A DNA stretch of 64,000 nt from an uncultured Clostridia bacterium. GTDB taxonomy: Bacteria; Bacillota; Clostridia; UMGS1883. A program made the position numbers and the translations under genes. Shown here in pieces: positions 18,503 through 28,484 of the stretch. The DNA is taken from positions 21,330 to 85,329 of the forward strand of contig CANPZO010000004.1 in NCBI GenBank assembly GCA_947589005.1, in the 5' to 3' direction. Below the pieces are notes generated by a model. It was not told where the DNA came from. It did no database searches and was given only the letters and a program-made list of their open reading frames with translations. Numbering within the stretch: position 1 is the stretch's first letter; each line of letters begins with the position of its first letter.

Positions 18503-20848
18503 CTAATCGTCATCTTCGAAGGTCACATATACCGTGGTGCCCTGAGACACCACCGCCCCCGCCATAGGGCTCTGTCCGGCGGCCGTGCTTTCGTCTCCGG
18601 GCGGCCCCTGGCCCGAGACCTCCAGCTTAAGTCCGGCGGCCTTCAAAGCCTCCGCCGCCTGCTCGTAGGTCTTGCCCGTCACGGACGGAACCTTTGTCTC
18701 CTCTCCGCCGCTTTCTTCGTCAGTGTAAAGTATCACAAGGCTGTCGCTGTGTATGCGGGTGCCGGAGGCGGGCACCTGTCTTACGACTTTGGCGCCGGAG
18801 CCGTTTACCGAGGCCCTCAGCCCCATATCCGCTATCTCCTCCGCCGCCGCTTCCACGTCCTTGCCGGTGACGTCGGGCACAACAATGCGGACGGCGTTTT
18901 CGTCCTCGTCGCTGTACTGGGGCTCATAGCCAAGGCACTGGAGGGTGTCGGCTATTATGGAGCCGGCCACGGGCGCGGCGATTGTGCCGCCGTAGTACAC
19001 GCCGTTGGTAGGCTCGTCAAGTATTACAAGGCAGACTATCTCCGGGTCGTCCGCCGGCGCGAAGCCGACAAAGGAGGCCACGTGCAGCCCCCGGCCCGTG
19101 GGGTGCTTTTCACTGGTGCCGGTCTTGCCGCCGATGCGGTAGCCCTGCACGTAGGCGGATTTGCCGCCGCCCTCGGAAACAACCTTCTCCAGCACCTCGC
19201 GCATGGTCTTGCTGGTCTCCTCGGAAATTACCTGACGGACTATGACCGGATCCACGTTTTCGATAGTCTTTCCCTCGCTGTCGGTGTAACGGCTTACTAT
19301 GTGGGGTTCCATCAGATAGCCGCCGTTTACCACGGCGCTTACCGCGCACACCATCTGAAGGGGAGTAACGGTGAAGGTCTGGCCGAAAGAGCTTGTAGCC
19401 AGCTCCACAGGGCCCAGTTCCTCAAGGCTGTGGTGCTGACCGGCGGTCTCGCCGGGGATAAGGAAGTTGGTCTTTTCCGTAAGGCCGAAGGCCTTAAAAT
19501 ATTTGTCGAATTTCTCCGCTCCCAGCCTTGCGCCCACCTCCATGAACACGGGGTTGCAGGAGTTCTTTATGCCGTCCACGAAGGTCTCGGCCCCGTGGCC
19601 GTCTCTGTTTGAGCAGTGAATTGTCGTGTCCGCCACGACTTTGGAGCCGGTGCAGTAAAACTGGTCGTCAAGACTTACCACTCCCTCCTCAAGGGCGGCG
19701 GAGGCCACCACCGTTTTAAAGGTAGAGCCGGGCTCGTAAGAGTCCACGACTGCCTTGTTCCGCCGCATTTTAAGGAGGACTTGGCTATACGCTTCTTCGT
19801 AGGAAAGCGCTTTTACGTTCTCGTCGCCGGGGTCGGGCTCGCCGGCCTCTATACGGCGCCGGGCCGCGTCGTACTCAGCCTCGCTGTCGGCCACCAGCTT
19901 ATCTACCTGCGCCAGGAGCGTGGGGTCGGTTATCTGACTGTAGTTCGACGGGTCATAGGAGGGCACGCAGGCCATGGCCAGAATTTCCCCGGTTTTGGGG
20001 TTCATGACTATGGAGGCCGCTCCGTTGTTCAGCTTGTTTTCCTCGTAAGCTATCTGAAGATAGTTTTCCACTATCTTTTGTATCCTGATGTCGATGGTGA
20101 GCACCACGTTGTTGCCGTCCTTGGCGGCCTCGTAGGTCTCGTTTTTGTAGGGCATATCGCCGTTGCCGGCGCTTTTGGCCGCCTGGACCCGTCCGGCGGT
20201 GCCGCTCAGCTCGTCGTCCAGTATGTTTTCCAGTCCCTCGAGGCCCTGCCCGTCCTTGCCGGTAAAGCCAAGGATATGAGCGGCAAGAGTGCCGTTGGGA
20301 TAGCTGCGCTTGGCGTCGCCCACGAACTCTATGCCCGCGAGATTTGCCTTGCGCACCTTATCCGCGAGGGATTTCTCCACATTGGCCTTTACCTCCACGG
20401 AGGTCCGTTCGGTCTTGGCCAGCTGGGTACGCAGCCATTCCTCCGAAACACCCAGCTCCGTGGTCAGCACCTCCACCACCTTTTCGGTCAGCTCGGTGTT
20501 CTCGTAATTGTCTATAAAGGTCTTACCGCTGCTCTTGGCCTTGGCCTCGGCCTCGTCACGGTCCTTGCGGGCCTTGGCCTCGGTCTCGCTGATGAGCTTG
20601 GGATTGATGTATATGCGCTCGGCGGTGCTGCTGCTGGCGAGGGTCTCGCCGTTTATGTCGTAAATCGTGCCTCTTTTCGAAGCTATTTTCTGATTTCTCG
20701 TCTGCAAAAGACGCGCCCCGGCCTTAAGCTCGGCCCCCTGGACAAACTGCCGCCAGACCAGCGCCCCGGTAAGAAAGACAAAGCAGGCCATAAAAGCGGC
20801 CATTATTATCCGTATTCGCTTTTTTATCGTTAATTTTCCCTTGTTCAT
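18503..20848 (-). CDS. Class B penicillin-binding protein (FtsI/SpoVD-like) with C-terminal PASTA domains
   Basis: Dimerisation and transpeptidase domains (SxxK, SxN, KTG(T/S)) and two PASTA repeats at the C-terminus. The start was chosen at MNKGK, with a GGGGTGAG RBS. Confidence 0.85.
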   Translation of the reverse strand: MNKGKLTIKKRIRIIMAAFMACFVFLTGALVWRQFVQGAELKAGARLLQTRNQKIASKRGTIYDINGETLASSSTAERIYINPKLISETEAKARKDRDEAEAKAKSSGKTFIDNYENTELTEKVVEVLTTELGVSEEWLRTQLAKTERTSVEVKANVEKSLADKVRKANLAGIEFVGDAKRSYPNGTLAAHILGFTGKDGQGLEGLENILDDELSGTAGRVQAAKSAGNGDMPYKNETYEAAKDGNNVVLTIDIRIQKIVENYLQIAYEENKLNNGAASIVMNPKTGEILAMACVPSYDPSNYSQITDPTLLAQVDKLVADSEAEYDAARRRIEAGEPDPGDENVKALSYEEAYSQVLLKMRRNKAVVDSYEPGSTFKTVVASAALEEGVVSLDDQFYCTGSKVVADTTIHCSNRDGHGAETFVDGIKNSCNPVFMEVGARLGAEKFDKYFKAFGLTEKTNFLIPGETAGQHHSLEELGPVELATSSFGQTFTVTPLQMVCAVSAVVNGGYLMEPHIVSRYTDSEGKTIENVDPVIVRQVISEETSKTMREVLEKVVSEGGGKSAYVQGYRIGGKTGTSEKHPTGRGLHVASFVGFAPADDPEIVCLVILDEPTNGVYYGGTIAAPVAGSIIADTLQCLGYEPQYSDEDENAVRIVVPDVTGKDVEAAAEEIADMGLRASVNGSGAKVVRQVPASGTRIHSDSLVILYTDEESGGEETKVPSVTGKTYEQAAEALKAAGLKLEVSGQGPPGDESTAAGQSPMAGAVVSQGTTVYVTFEDDD

Positions 20849-20987
20849 ATATCTCACCCCTATGCCCGAATAAAACAACAAACGGAGAGTGAAGCTTCAC
20901 TCTCCTCCCGGCGCGGTAAGCCGCCGTCGGCTGTTCCGCTTAGGGTGTCTGCGAAATTCGCATCGGCACTACAAACTTACTTCCGCA

Positions 20988-21494
20988 TCAATAAAAATAT
21001 TCCGCAATGGCCGCAATTTTATTGAAAAATGCGTTCATGCCAACATTGCTGTCGTCCTCGGCGAGTATCTCGCCGCTGTCCTCGTCGTCAAGAGAGATGT
21101 ATACCACCTGGTCCCGATTTACCTTGTAAAGCCCCATTTCCGCGGCTTTCTCCTCGGAGGCCGTCACCATGGACGCCCCTTCGGTCTCGGCGGCAAGCTG
21201 ATCCACCTGCGCCTCGAGGGCGGTGAGCTCGTCCTTCTTCTGGCCGAGAGTGCGGTAGCCGGTGTTGAGGCTGGCCATGAGCGTCAGCACAAAGGACGCC
21301 ATTACCGCAAGGGCGACGGTGGCGACAAATATCGCGGCCTTTCCCTGCCCCGTAAGGCCCCGTCTGTGGGGATGGCGGCGCGTCTGCGGCTTTCGGGCCG
21401 GACGCTCGGGCTCCGCATACGCCTCTTTGAGGGCGCTGGAGCCGTTCACGGGAAATTCTTCTTTTAATGCGTTGGAACCGTTGATTTTCTGCAT
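20988..21494 (-). CDS. ftsL: FtsL-like cell division protein
   Basis: Small bitopic protein with one transmembrane helix and a coiled-coil, in the conserved position between rsmH and the PBP gene. Confidence 0.55.
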   Translation of the reverse strand: MQKINGSNALKEEFPVNGSSALKEAYAEPERPARKPQTRRHPHRRGLTGQGKAAIFVATVALAVMASFVLTLMASLNTGYRTLGQKKDELTALEAQVDQLAAETEGASMVTASEEKAAEMGLYKVNRDQVVYISLDDEDSGEILAEDDSNVGMNAFFNKIAAIAEYFY

Positions 21495-21506
21495 CTCATC
21501 ATCCCA

Positions 21507-22442
21507 TTAATCTGTTATTTTTTCCGCCACCCGGAGCTTGCTGCTCCTGGCTCTGGGATTTGCCGCCAGCTCCTCCCTGCCGGGAGTAACGGGCTTGCGG
21601 GTAACGACTCGCACCTGGGGCTTTTTGCCGCATACGCAGACCGGAAAATCCTTCGGGCAGGTGCAGCCTCTTTCCAGCTGGGCAAAGGCCGTTTTCACTA
21701 TCCTGTCCTCAAGGCTGTGAAAAGTTATCACCGCCATTCTGCCGCCCTTTTTCAGGGCGCGGACGCCGCTTTTGACCGCGTCCTCCAGAATTTCCAGCTC
21801 TCCGTTTACTTCTATCCTTATGGCCTGAAAGGTCCTTTTCGCCGGATGGGGACCGTCGCGTCGGGCTCCGGCGGGCACCGCGGCCTTTATTATGTCAACC
21901 AATTCAAATGTGGTCTCAATGGGCTTTTTTCTGCGCCTTTCGTCTATGAAGCGGGCTATCCTCGAGGCCCATCGCTCCTCGCCGTATTCGCTGATGACCC
22001 GAAACAGCTCCTCCTCGCTGTAGCCGTTGACCACGTCGCGGGCGGTAACGCCGCCGCCGGTGTCCATCCTCATGTCCAAAGGCGCGTCGTGCATATAGGA
22101 AAACCCGCGCTCGGGCTTGTCCAGCTGAGGCGAGGACACTCCCAAATCGGCAACGATGCCGTCGGGTCTGCCGGCCCCGATTTTCTCAAGTATGGCCTCG
22201 ATATTTCTGAAATTGTCGTGTACCGGAATAAACCTGCCGCCCAAGTCCCCGAACCTTTCTTTACAGGCGGCGAGGGCGCTTTCGTCCCGGTCGATGCCTA
22301 TCACGGCGCCCCCTTTTTCCAAAATCAGGGCCGTGTGGCCTCCGCCCCCCAGGGTAAAGTCCACGTAAAGGCCCCCCGGCCGGACGCAAAGGCTGTCCAC
22401 CGTTTCATTGGCCAGCACCGTAACATGGCTGAACTCGCTCAT
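21507..22442 (-). CDS. rsmH: 16S rRNA m4C1402 methyltransferase RsmH (MraW)
   Basis: The N-terminus ([23 protein letters not shown]) is the RsmH SAM-binding signature. Confidence 0.9.
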   Translation of the reverse strand: MSEFSHVTVLANETVDSLCVRPGGLYVDFTLGGGGHTALILEKGGAVIGIDRDESALAACKERFGDLGGRFIPVHDNFRNIEAILEKIGAGRPDGIVADLGVSSPQLDKPERGFSYMHDAPLDMRMDTGGGVTARDVVNGYSEEELFRVISEYGEERWASRIARFIDERRRKKPIETTFELVDIIKAAVPAGARRDGPHPAKRTFQAIRIEVNGELEILEDAVKSGVRALKKGGRMAVITFHSLEDRIVKTAFAQLERGCTCPKDFPVCVCGKKPQVRVVTRKPVTPGREELAANPRARSSKLRVAEKITD

Positions 22443-22909
22443 TACAGACCTCTCTTGAGCCTGTCCATTTCCTCGGCGGACTTTTCAAGGCTCCTGTCGC
22501 CGCTGCCGCTGTAATTCTCCCAGCGTTCCCTGTCCCAAATTTCCAGATGGTCGCCCACGCCCATTATCATGACTTCTTTGGTAAGGCCGGCGTATTCCCG
22601 GTGATAGGCCGGAAGCAGTATCTTGCCCTGCTTGTCCGGCTCGGGCATCTCGGCGCTGGAAAGAATGGTACGTATGGAATAGCGGACGTCGCTGTTGGTA
22701 TATGAAAGGACGGTCAGCTCCTCGCTGTACCTGTCCCACTGCTCGCTGTCGTAAACGCTGAGGCAGGCGTCGTAGCCCATGGCTACGCAGAAGCCCTCGC
22801 CCAGCAAATCGCGGTATTTCGCGGGCATGGTAATGCGGCCCTTGGTGTCCATGGACACGTAGGCCCTGCCGATGTAACGCTTTTTCCTGATCGGAGCCGT
22901 ATTTTCCAC
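22442..22909 (-). CDS. mraZ: Transcriptional regulator MraZ
   Basis: Tandem MraZ/SpoVT-AbrB-like halves ([13 protein letters not shown].. and [11 protein letters not shown]..). Uses a GTG start. Confidence 0.85.
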   Translation of the reverse strand: MENTAPIRKKRYIGRAYVSMDTKGRITMPAKYRDLLGEGFCVAMGYDACLSVYDSEQWDRYSEELTVLSYTNSDVRYSIRTILSSAEMPEPDKQGKILLPAYHREYAGLTKEVMIMGVGDHLEIWDRERWENYSGSGDRSLEKSAEEMDRLKRGL

Positions 22910-22963
22910 CCGCGCTCACCGCCCTTTCCGCAGCAGCATTTGACGCTCGGCCTGTACATATTT

Positions 22964-22999
22964 TTTGCACTCTGTTGCATAAATTTGCACAAACTTGCA
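22964..22999 (-). promoter_or_regulatory. Putative MraZ operator: four TTGCA(C/T) direct repeats at exact 10-bp spacing
   Basis: Plus-strand TTGCAC/TTGCAT units begin at 22964, 22974, 22984 and 22994. On the minus strand they read GTGCAA and lie immediately downstream of the predicted mraZ promoter. Confidence 0.5.
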
Positions 23000-23008
23000 C
23001 CTTAGCTA

Positions 23009-23037
23009 TATTCTACACCCTTTCTCACAAAATTGCA
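23009..23037 (-). promoter_or_regulatory. Putative sigma-A promoter of the mraZ/dcw operon
   Basis: Minus strand TTGCAA-N17-TAGAAT. Confidence 0.45.
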
Positions 23038-23080
23038 AGCCCTTTTTATAAATTTTTTTAAATTCTTAAAAATTTTTTTA

Positions 23081-23109
23081 TTTGACAAAAACGGGCCGCG
23101 GTGTTATCA
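23081..23109 (+). promoter_or_regulatory. Putative sigma-A promoter for the small membrane protein gene, divergent from mraZ
   Basis: TTGACA-N17-TATCAT. Confidence 0.45.
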
Positions 23110-23157
23110 TAAAATTAATCCGTGATGCGTTGTCCGGATGAAAGGGGACGGTTTTTC

Positions 23158-23523
23158 ATGGCGAAAAAAACCATGCGGGCCGAAAAGGCCATGGATATTT
23201 TGCGGGTGATAATGTGGATATGCGGCGCGCTCAACCTTGCGGCGGCGGCCGCCTTGGGGATTTTTGCCCTTGACGCCTTCGGCTTCAGGGCGGCGCTCCG
23301 CGGCTCGGGGCTGCCCTTTGTGCTGGCTCTGCTGGACTGGGTTTTCGTGATGCCGCCGGTGGGCGGCTTCGGCCTTGGGCTGTCGGTGTTTTTCCTTCGG
23401 GATCAGCTGCGTATAGGCCGCTTTATGAAAAGCTATGTTTTTCTCATAATACTTTATTCCCTGAGCCTTGTGCCGGGACTTCTGGTACTGGGGTCGCTTT
23501 TTGTCAGTATGTTCACAAGATAA
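23158..23523 (+). CDS. Hypothetical small polytopic membrane protein
   Basis: Four hydrophobic segments. The start was chosen at MAKKT, downstream of the predicted promoter. No family was recognised. Confidence 0.4.
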   Translation: MAKKTMRAEKAMDILRVIMWICGALNLAAAAALGIFALDAFGFRAALRGSGLPFVLALLDWVFVMPPVGGFGLGLSVFFLRDQLRIGRFMKSYVFLIILYSLSLVPGLLVLGSLFVSMFTR

Positions 23524-23613
23524 AAGCCGGGCGGGGCGTGCCGATTTTTCGGCACGCCTCGCCCGTTTCTTTTTTATGAGCCGGAGCCCGCGCTCCGTTA
23601 AGAACCTCTGTGC

Positions 23614-25434
23614 TTAATCTTCGCTTATTTTAAAGTACGCGTGATAGGGCCCGCTGTCGGCGGTGTACATCGGCACAAAGGTATGCTCGCCGTCGGTGAG
23701 GGCCGGCACGTCCTCCTCGCTCAGCGGCCGCAGCCGGTCGAGTATGTCGCCGCTCAGTGTCAGCCACTCCTTCGAGGGGTTCCGGACCACCATCACAAAG
23801 GGGCCGTAAAGCAGCGCCGCCACCGCCGAGCCGTCCAGCCGGTCGGGAGTGAACTCCAGCCGCGGCGAGTAATCGAAGCGGCCCTTGACGGATTTTTCCT
23901 CCCCGACTTTCCCCCGCAGGACCGCATAGCTCCCCTCCATCTCAAGCCCCGGGAAGGGCCGCTCGCACCAGCGCGGAACCCTGAGCCTGACGGTGAAATC
24001 CCGTCGGAACACCAGCCTTATCTCCGCCTCGCCGAAAGGGAAGCCGCCGCGTATGCTCACGCTCAGAGGGGCGCTTTCCATGGAGGCGCCGATGTACTGA
24101 TTGATATACAGGGCGCCGTCGGTCATGAAAAAGGACGCGTCCTGATACTTCACATGGTTCTCCATGCCCGTGCCGTGGCAGCAGGTAAAGGAATTGTAAT
24201 TGTCGCTGTACTGCCGCTCCGCCCCGGGGCCGATGGGCAGCATATAGGTGACGCCGCCGGTACGCTCCGGAGTCTGTACCGGCGACTGGGAGGCCAGTAT
24301 CTGATTTACCAGCGCCCGCTCGTAATACTCCATATACACGGAGTTGTCGGGGTCAAAAGCGTACAGCTCCTTGGCGAGCTTGAGCAGGTTGTAGGCGGCG
24401 CAGGTCTCACAGTTGGTGTCGTCCTTTATGTTGGCGGCCAAGGCATAGGCGTCCCTAAAGGACTCGCCCTGCCCCACCCCGCCGATGGCGTACATATGCC
24501 GGCCGGTAACGATGTCGAAAAAGTTTTTAGCCGCGTTTTCATAGAATTCGTCCCCGGTGGCCATGTACTCCCGATGAGCGCCGATGAGCTGGGGTATGTG
24601 CTGATTGGCGTGGAGATTGGCTATGGTGTCCCGTCCCTCGGCGAGGCCGGGGAAGATGTTGTCGTTGTCGAACATTTTCGCGGTCTCGAGGAACCTTTCG
24701 TCGCCGGTTATATCGTACAGGCGGGACATGGACTCGTTCATGCCGCCGAACTCACCGGCGATGTAGAGGCTCCACATCTTCCTGCGATGCTCGGCGCTAA
24801 GGGGCGAAAGCCGCCGGTATATCCAGCCGCCTATGCCCTTCGCCACGTCGAGAGCCTCCTCAAGGCCCACACGCTTGTGGCACTCCAGCAGACCGGCGGC
24901 TATCTTGTGCAGAGTATAGTAGGGCGCCCATATCTCCCTGTATTTTGTGAATTTTTCCAGCAGCGCGAACTGGTCGGGAGAATAGGCCGAAATAAAGCCC
25001 TCGCCCCAGCAGCCGGGGTCCCGGCTCCACTTTTCCTGGGCCGCGTCCTCGGGCGTGCAGGCCGTCTCAAAGGCGGCGGGGTCGCCCTTTGACATGAGCT
25101 GCAATTTGCGCAGCTCGTGGACGACATAGCGGAGCTTGTCGCCGTATACCTCCTCCATTGTGGCGGCGTAGGCCAGCGAAAGGGCCGAAATGAAATGGCC
25201 GGTGCTGTGGCCCCGAAGGAGGCCGTCGGGGGCCTCCCAGCCGCCAAGGGGCTCGGCGCCGAGGGTGTCAATGCCAAAGGCCGCACGGAAGTTATACAGC
25301 ATACGGTCGGGGTCCAGCTCGCGAAGATATTTCAGAGTGCGGCCGCGGTTTTCAAAAAAGCGGCTGCCCTCGGACAAAGCCGTTCTGTTAAGGGGCACGT
25401 AACGCCCCGCGGGGTTTATCTTAAAATGTTCCAT
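23614..25434 (-). CDS. Glycoside hydrolase family 127-like (DUF1680, beta-L-arabinofuranosidase HypBA1-like)
   Basis: The N-terminal region (LRELDPDRMLYNFRAAFG...GGWE..GHSTGHF) and overall length match GH127/DUF1680 proteins. Confidence 0.6.
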   Translation of the reverse strand: MEHFKINPAGRYVPLNRTALSEGSRFFENRGRTLKYLRELDPDRMLYNFRAAFGIDTLGAEPLGGWEAPDGLLRGHSTGHFISALSLAYAATMEEVYGDKLRYVVHELRKLQLMSKGDPAAFETACTPEDAAQEKWSRDPGCWGEGFISAYSPDQFALLEKFTKYREIWAPYYTLHKIAAGLLECHKRVGLEEALDVAKGIGGWIYRRLSPLSAEHRRKMWSLYIAGEFGGMNESMSRLYDITGDERFLETAKMFDNDNIFPGLAEGRDTIANLHANQHIPQLIGAHREYMATGDEFYENAAKNFFDIVTGRHMYAIGGVGQGESFRDAYALAANIKDDTNCETCAAYNLLKLAKELYAFDPDNSVYMEYYERALVNQILASQSPVQTPERTGGVTYMLPIGPGAERQYSDNYNSFTCCHGTGMENHVKYQDASFFMTDGALYINQYIGASMESAPLSVSIRGGFPFGEAEIRLVFRRDFTVRLRVPRWCERPFPGLEMEGSYAVLRGKVGEEKSVKGRFDYSPRLEFTPDRLDGSAVAALLYGPFVMVVRNPSKEWLTLSGDILDRLRPLSEEDVPALTDGEHTFVPMYTADSGPYHAYFKISED

Positions 25435-25549
25435 CGTTCTTTCTCCCATTAAATATTCCCAATGATTATATCACCGCGGCCGCCAAATGTCAACAAAAAA
25501 ATAACGCCGGAGGGACCAAAACCGTCCCTCCGGCAAAAAGAGCAAAATT

Positions 25550-25804
25550 TTATTCGGCCGTTTCGGGCTCCGCTTCGGGCGCGGGCTCAGCCGGGGCTTC
25601 CTCGGCCTCGGCGGTCTCTTCCGCCGCCGGCTCGGTCAGCTCCTGAACCTCCGTCTCCTCCGCGGCCTTACGCGCCCGGCCGCGAAGCACAAGGCAAACC
25701 GTCACAACGGCGGCGGCCACCGCCAGCAACGCGGATATCGCCACTATCAAAGTGATGAGCGCGTTGTTCTCGCCGTCGGACTTCTCATAGCTTATGTACT
25801 TCAT
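25550..25804 (-). CDS. Small membrane protein with an acidic Ala/Glu/Pro-rich tail
   Basis: One transmembrane helix, then a PAEEA-type low-complexity tail. It overlaps the amidase stop by 4 nt, which suggests translational coupling. Confidence 0.4.
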   Translation of the reverse strand: MKYISYEKSDGENNALITLIVAISALLAVAAAVVTVCLVLRGRARKAAEETEVQELTEPAAEETAEAEEAPAEPAPEAEPETAE

Positions 25805-26643
25805 TTTGCCGCCTCCTCTTCTTCAAAATACATTTCAAGACCGTTGACTATGCCGTCAACTATTTTATCCTGGTATTCCTCCGTGGACAGCGCCGCGTCC
25901 TCCTCGGGATTGGTCATAAAGCCCATTTCCAGCAGCACTACCGGCACGGTGGACCAGTTGAAGCCTGTCATGTCGGAACGGGGCGAAAGGCCCCTGTTCT
26001 GCGCGCCGGTGCTAAGCGCCGCCTGCTCGAGTATGAGTTCTCCGGCCCTGTGGCTCTTATCCAGAAGCTCCCGGTCGGAAATGTGGTCGCCGGTGGGTAT
26101 GAGCATGGACATACCGCTGACGCCGGAATTTTCGCTGCCGTCGGCGTGGAGCCTGACCACCAGCGCGGCCCCGGCCTTGTTTGCGAATTCCGCACGGCCC
26201 ACGTTGCTCAGCTCGCACTCGGCGGTGCGGCGGGTCATCAGCACCTCGGCCCCCAGCTCCGCCAGTCTCTGCTCAAGCTTCAGTCCCACAATGAGATTGA
26301 GCTGTTCCTCGGTGTAGACCGCGCCGGAGGTTCCGCTGACAAAGGCGGGCTTGGTGACCGTGCTGCCGGGGGCCACGGGCTCCTGATAGTTGGAGCCGAA
26401 AACACAGTGGCCCGGGTCAATGCAGATGATTTTCCCGCTGAGCGCCGAGGTCTCCTCGGCCACGGGGACCTCCTCAGCGGGGAGCTCGTCCCCGGCGGCC
26501 CCGACGTCCTCAACGGGCGTTTCGGCAGAGGTATCCTCACGGCGTTCACCGGCGGAGTCGTCATTCTTCTGAGGGCCGCAGCCGCACATCATCAGCAGTG
26601 CGGCCACGAGCACCGAAATCAGTTTTTTGAGTGCTACTTCCAC
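25801..26643 (-). CDS. N-acetylmuramoyl-L-alanine amidase (Amidase_3, CwlD/AmiC type) lipoprotein
   Basis: Lipobox LMMCGC. Amidase_3 motifs are present (ICIDPGH, LHADGSENS.., metal-binding E/H). Confidence 0.75.
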   Translation of the reverse strand: MEVALKKLISVLVAALLMMCGCGPQKNDDSAGERREDTSAETPVEDVGAAGDELPAEEVPVAEETSALSGKIICIDPGHCVFGSNYQEPVAPGSTVTKPAFVSGTSGAVYTEEQLNLIVGLKLEQRLAELGAEVLMTRRTAECELSNVGRAEFANKAGAALVVRLHADGSENSGVSGMSMLIPTGDHISDRELLDKSHRAGELILEQAALSTGAQNRGLSPRSDMTGFNWSTVPVVLLEMGFMTNPEEDAALSTEEYQDKIVDGIVNGLEMYFEEEEAAK

Positions 26644-28478
26644 CCTTTATCCTCCTCATACGACATCAGGGTGTTCAGGTTGGCCCTCTCTATATCCGAA
26701 AACATCGACACAACCGTATTCTGGTCGGAATACATGGGAACGTACCAGGACTTCGAGCCGAAGTAGTTCTTGTACTCGTCCTTATTAAATATATAGCCGT
26801 GACGGGCGTAAAGCTCGTTGCGCATAAGGGCCACCGTGTCACGGTCAAGGCCGTCCAGATCCCCGTAGGTTATATACTGGGTGTCGCTGGGATAGAGATA
26901 GTCGCCGTCTCCGCTGTCATAATCATCATAACCGTAATCATCGTAATCATAATCATCGAAATCGTAGTCGCCGAAGTCACCGTAATAGTCATAGTAGTCA
27001 TCGTCGCCGCTGTTATTGCTGTTTACGGCCGCGTCTATTATTTCGCTCAGCTTGTTCTTGTCGATGTTCGGATTGCCCTGATTGCTCAAGGTGAGGTCAA
27101 AGCTCATCTTCTGGCCGCCCATGTCAACGGATAAGTTTATGCCGTCCAGATATCCGTCGTCCAAGGTCACGGAGCCGTTGACGCTTCCCTGGCTGTCGGC
27201 GTCAAGCTTAATGCTGAAGCTCTCAAGATATTTTTCGCTTCTTTCAATCGTGACGGAAATGCCGACGTTCTCTCCCTCGACTTCCATGGAGAATTCCAGT
27301 TCCATTGTTTTGGGAGTGTCGCCGTCATAGGTGATGGTGCAGACGGGGCCCTCGAGCTTGTACTCGTCTGCCATATCCGCCACCTGCTCCTTGATCTCGT
27401 CGAGATCCACTTCCTCTTCATTCATGCCGTCGAGGATACCCTGCGCCGTCTCCTGGAATTCGCCGGTGCCGTTTTCGGCGGCGTATTCAATGAACTCGAA
27501 GAACAGCTCCGCGCTGCCCGCAAGGTCCAGCGAATACTCGATGGAGCTGTCGGTCTTGCTTATTTTTACGGCCTTTTTGGCGGCATCCTCGTTGTCGCTG
27601 CTGAAATCCTCAAGGAGCTTTTGCAACTCCTTGAACTCCTCATTGTTCTCGACGGCGCTCATGGGGTCTCTGAGGTCGATGGGTATGCCGGCATTGTCAT
27701 AATACTGCTGGGCAAAGTCTATCAGCGCGTCCATGTCTATGCCGCCGTCTTTGATCAGATCTCTGATGTCTAAGCCGATTTCCCGCTCAAGCTCGTCCAA
27801 AGCATCGGTCATAAGCCCATATTGGCCGCCGTTGTAAGCGGCAAGGTCTCCGTCGTAAAGCGCCACTTCTCCGGTTTCGCCGCCGGCCGAGACCTTCACG
27901 TAAGCGGCGGAATCGTCAAAATCGTCGCCAAGGGAATAATAGCCGGATATCCCGACGGTTTCGCCGGAAACGGACACCTTCGCGTCAAAGTTGGCGCCGG
28001 ACATGGAGGGGCTCTTATCAAGATTTTCGAAGAAGCCGGCGATGGCCTCTATGTCCTCCGCCCAGGTGTCGCCGCCCTTATTGTTCGCTTTGCCGCCGAT
28101 GCTCTTTCTTTCGCCGTTCTCGTCGTGGAACAGGTTGAACACGTCCGCCGCCGGAACAAAATACATGGCGAGGGCGCTGCCGCCGCAGAGCACCAACAGT
28201 GCCGCCGCGACAATGGCCGCCACAATGGGCCAGCGTTTTTTGGCCTTGGGCGTAACCGGCGCCTCATAGGGCGCGGGCTCGGGGGTGGGAACATTCGCGG
28301 GGGCCTGCGGCTGATAGCCGGCGGCGTTCTGCGCGTTCCACTGCTGATTTTGCTGTAAATCCTGCTGAGCTTGGTTCTGCTGAGTCTGGGGCTGCTGCAC
28401 GGGCGAGCCGCATTCGTTGCAGAAATTTACTCCTTCGGGCAGCTGGGCCCCGCACTTTTTACAAAACATAATTTTCAA
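26634..28478 (-). CDS. Zinc-ribbon / TM / extracellular region / D-Y-rich linker / C-terminal YARHG domain protein
   Basis: N-terminus MFCKKCGAQLPEGVNFCNECG (CxxC-N9-CxxC), a Q-rich linker, one transmembrane helix, and an acidic Asp/Tyr run (DDYDYDDYGYDDYD). The C-terminus LYARHGYIF is the name-giving YARHG motif. Confidence 0.6.
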   Translation of the reverse strand: MKIMFCKKCGAQLPEGVNFCNECGSPVQQPQTQQNQAQQDLQQNQQWNAQNAAGYQPQAPANVPTPEPAPYEAPVTPKAKKRWPIVAAIVAAALLVLCGGSALAMYFVPAADVFNLFHDENGERKSIGGKANNKGGDTWAEDIEAIAGFFENLDKSPSMSGANFDAKVSVSGETVGISGYYSLGDDFDDSAAYVKVSAGGETGEVALYDGDLAAYNGGQYGLMTDALDELEREIGLDIRDLIKDGGIDMDALIDFAQQYYDNAGIPIDLRDPMSAVENNEEFKELQKLLEDFSSDNEDAAKKAVKISKTDSSIEYSLDLAGSAELFFEFIEYAAENGTGEFQETAQGILDGMNEEEVDLDEIKEQVADMADEYKLEGPVCTITYDGDTPKTMELEFSMEVEGENVGISVTIERSEKYLESFSIKLDADSQGSVNGSVTLDDGYLDGINLSVDMGGQKMSFDLTLSNQGNPNIDKNKLSEIIDAAVNSNNSGDDDYYDYYGDFGDYDFDDYDYDDYGYDDYDSGDGDYLYPSDTQYITYGDLDGLDRDTVALMRNELYARHGYIFNKDEYKNYFGSKSWYVPMYSDQNTVVSMFSDIERANLNTLMSYEEDKGWK

Positions 28479-28484
28479 CTCCTA

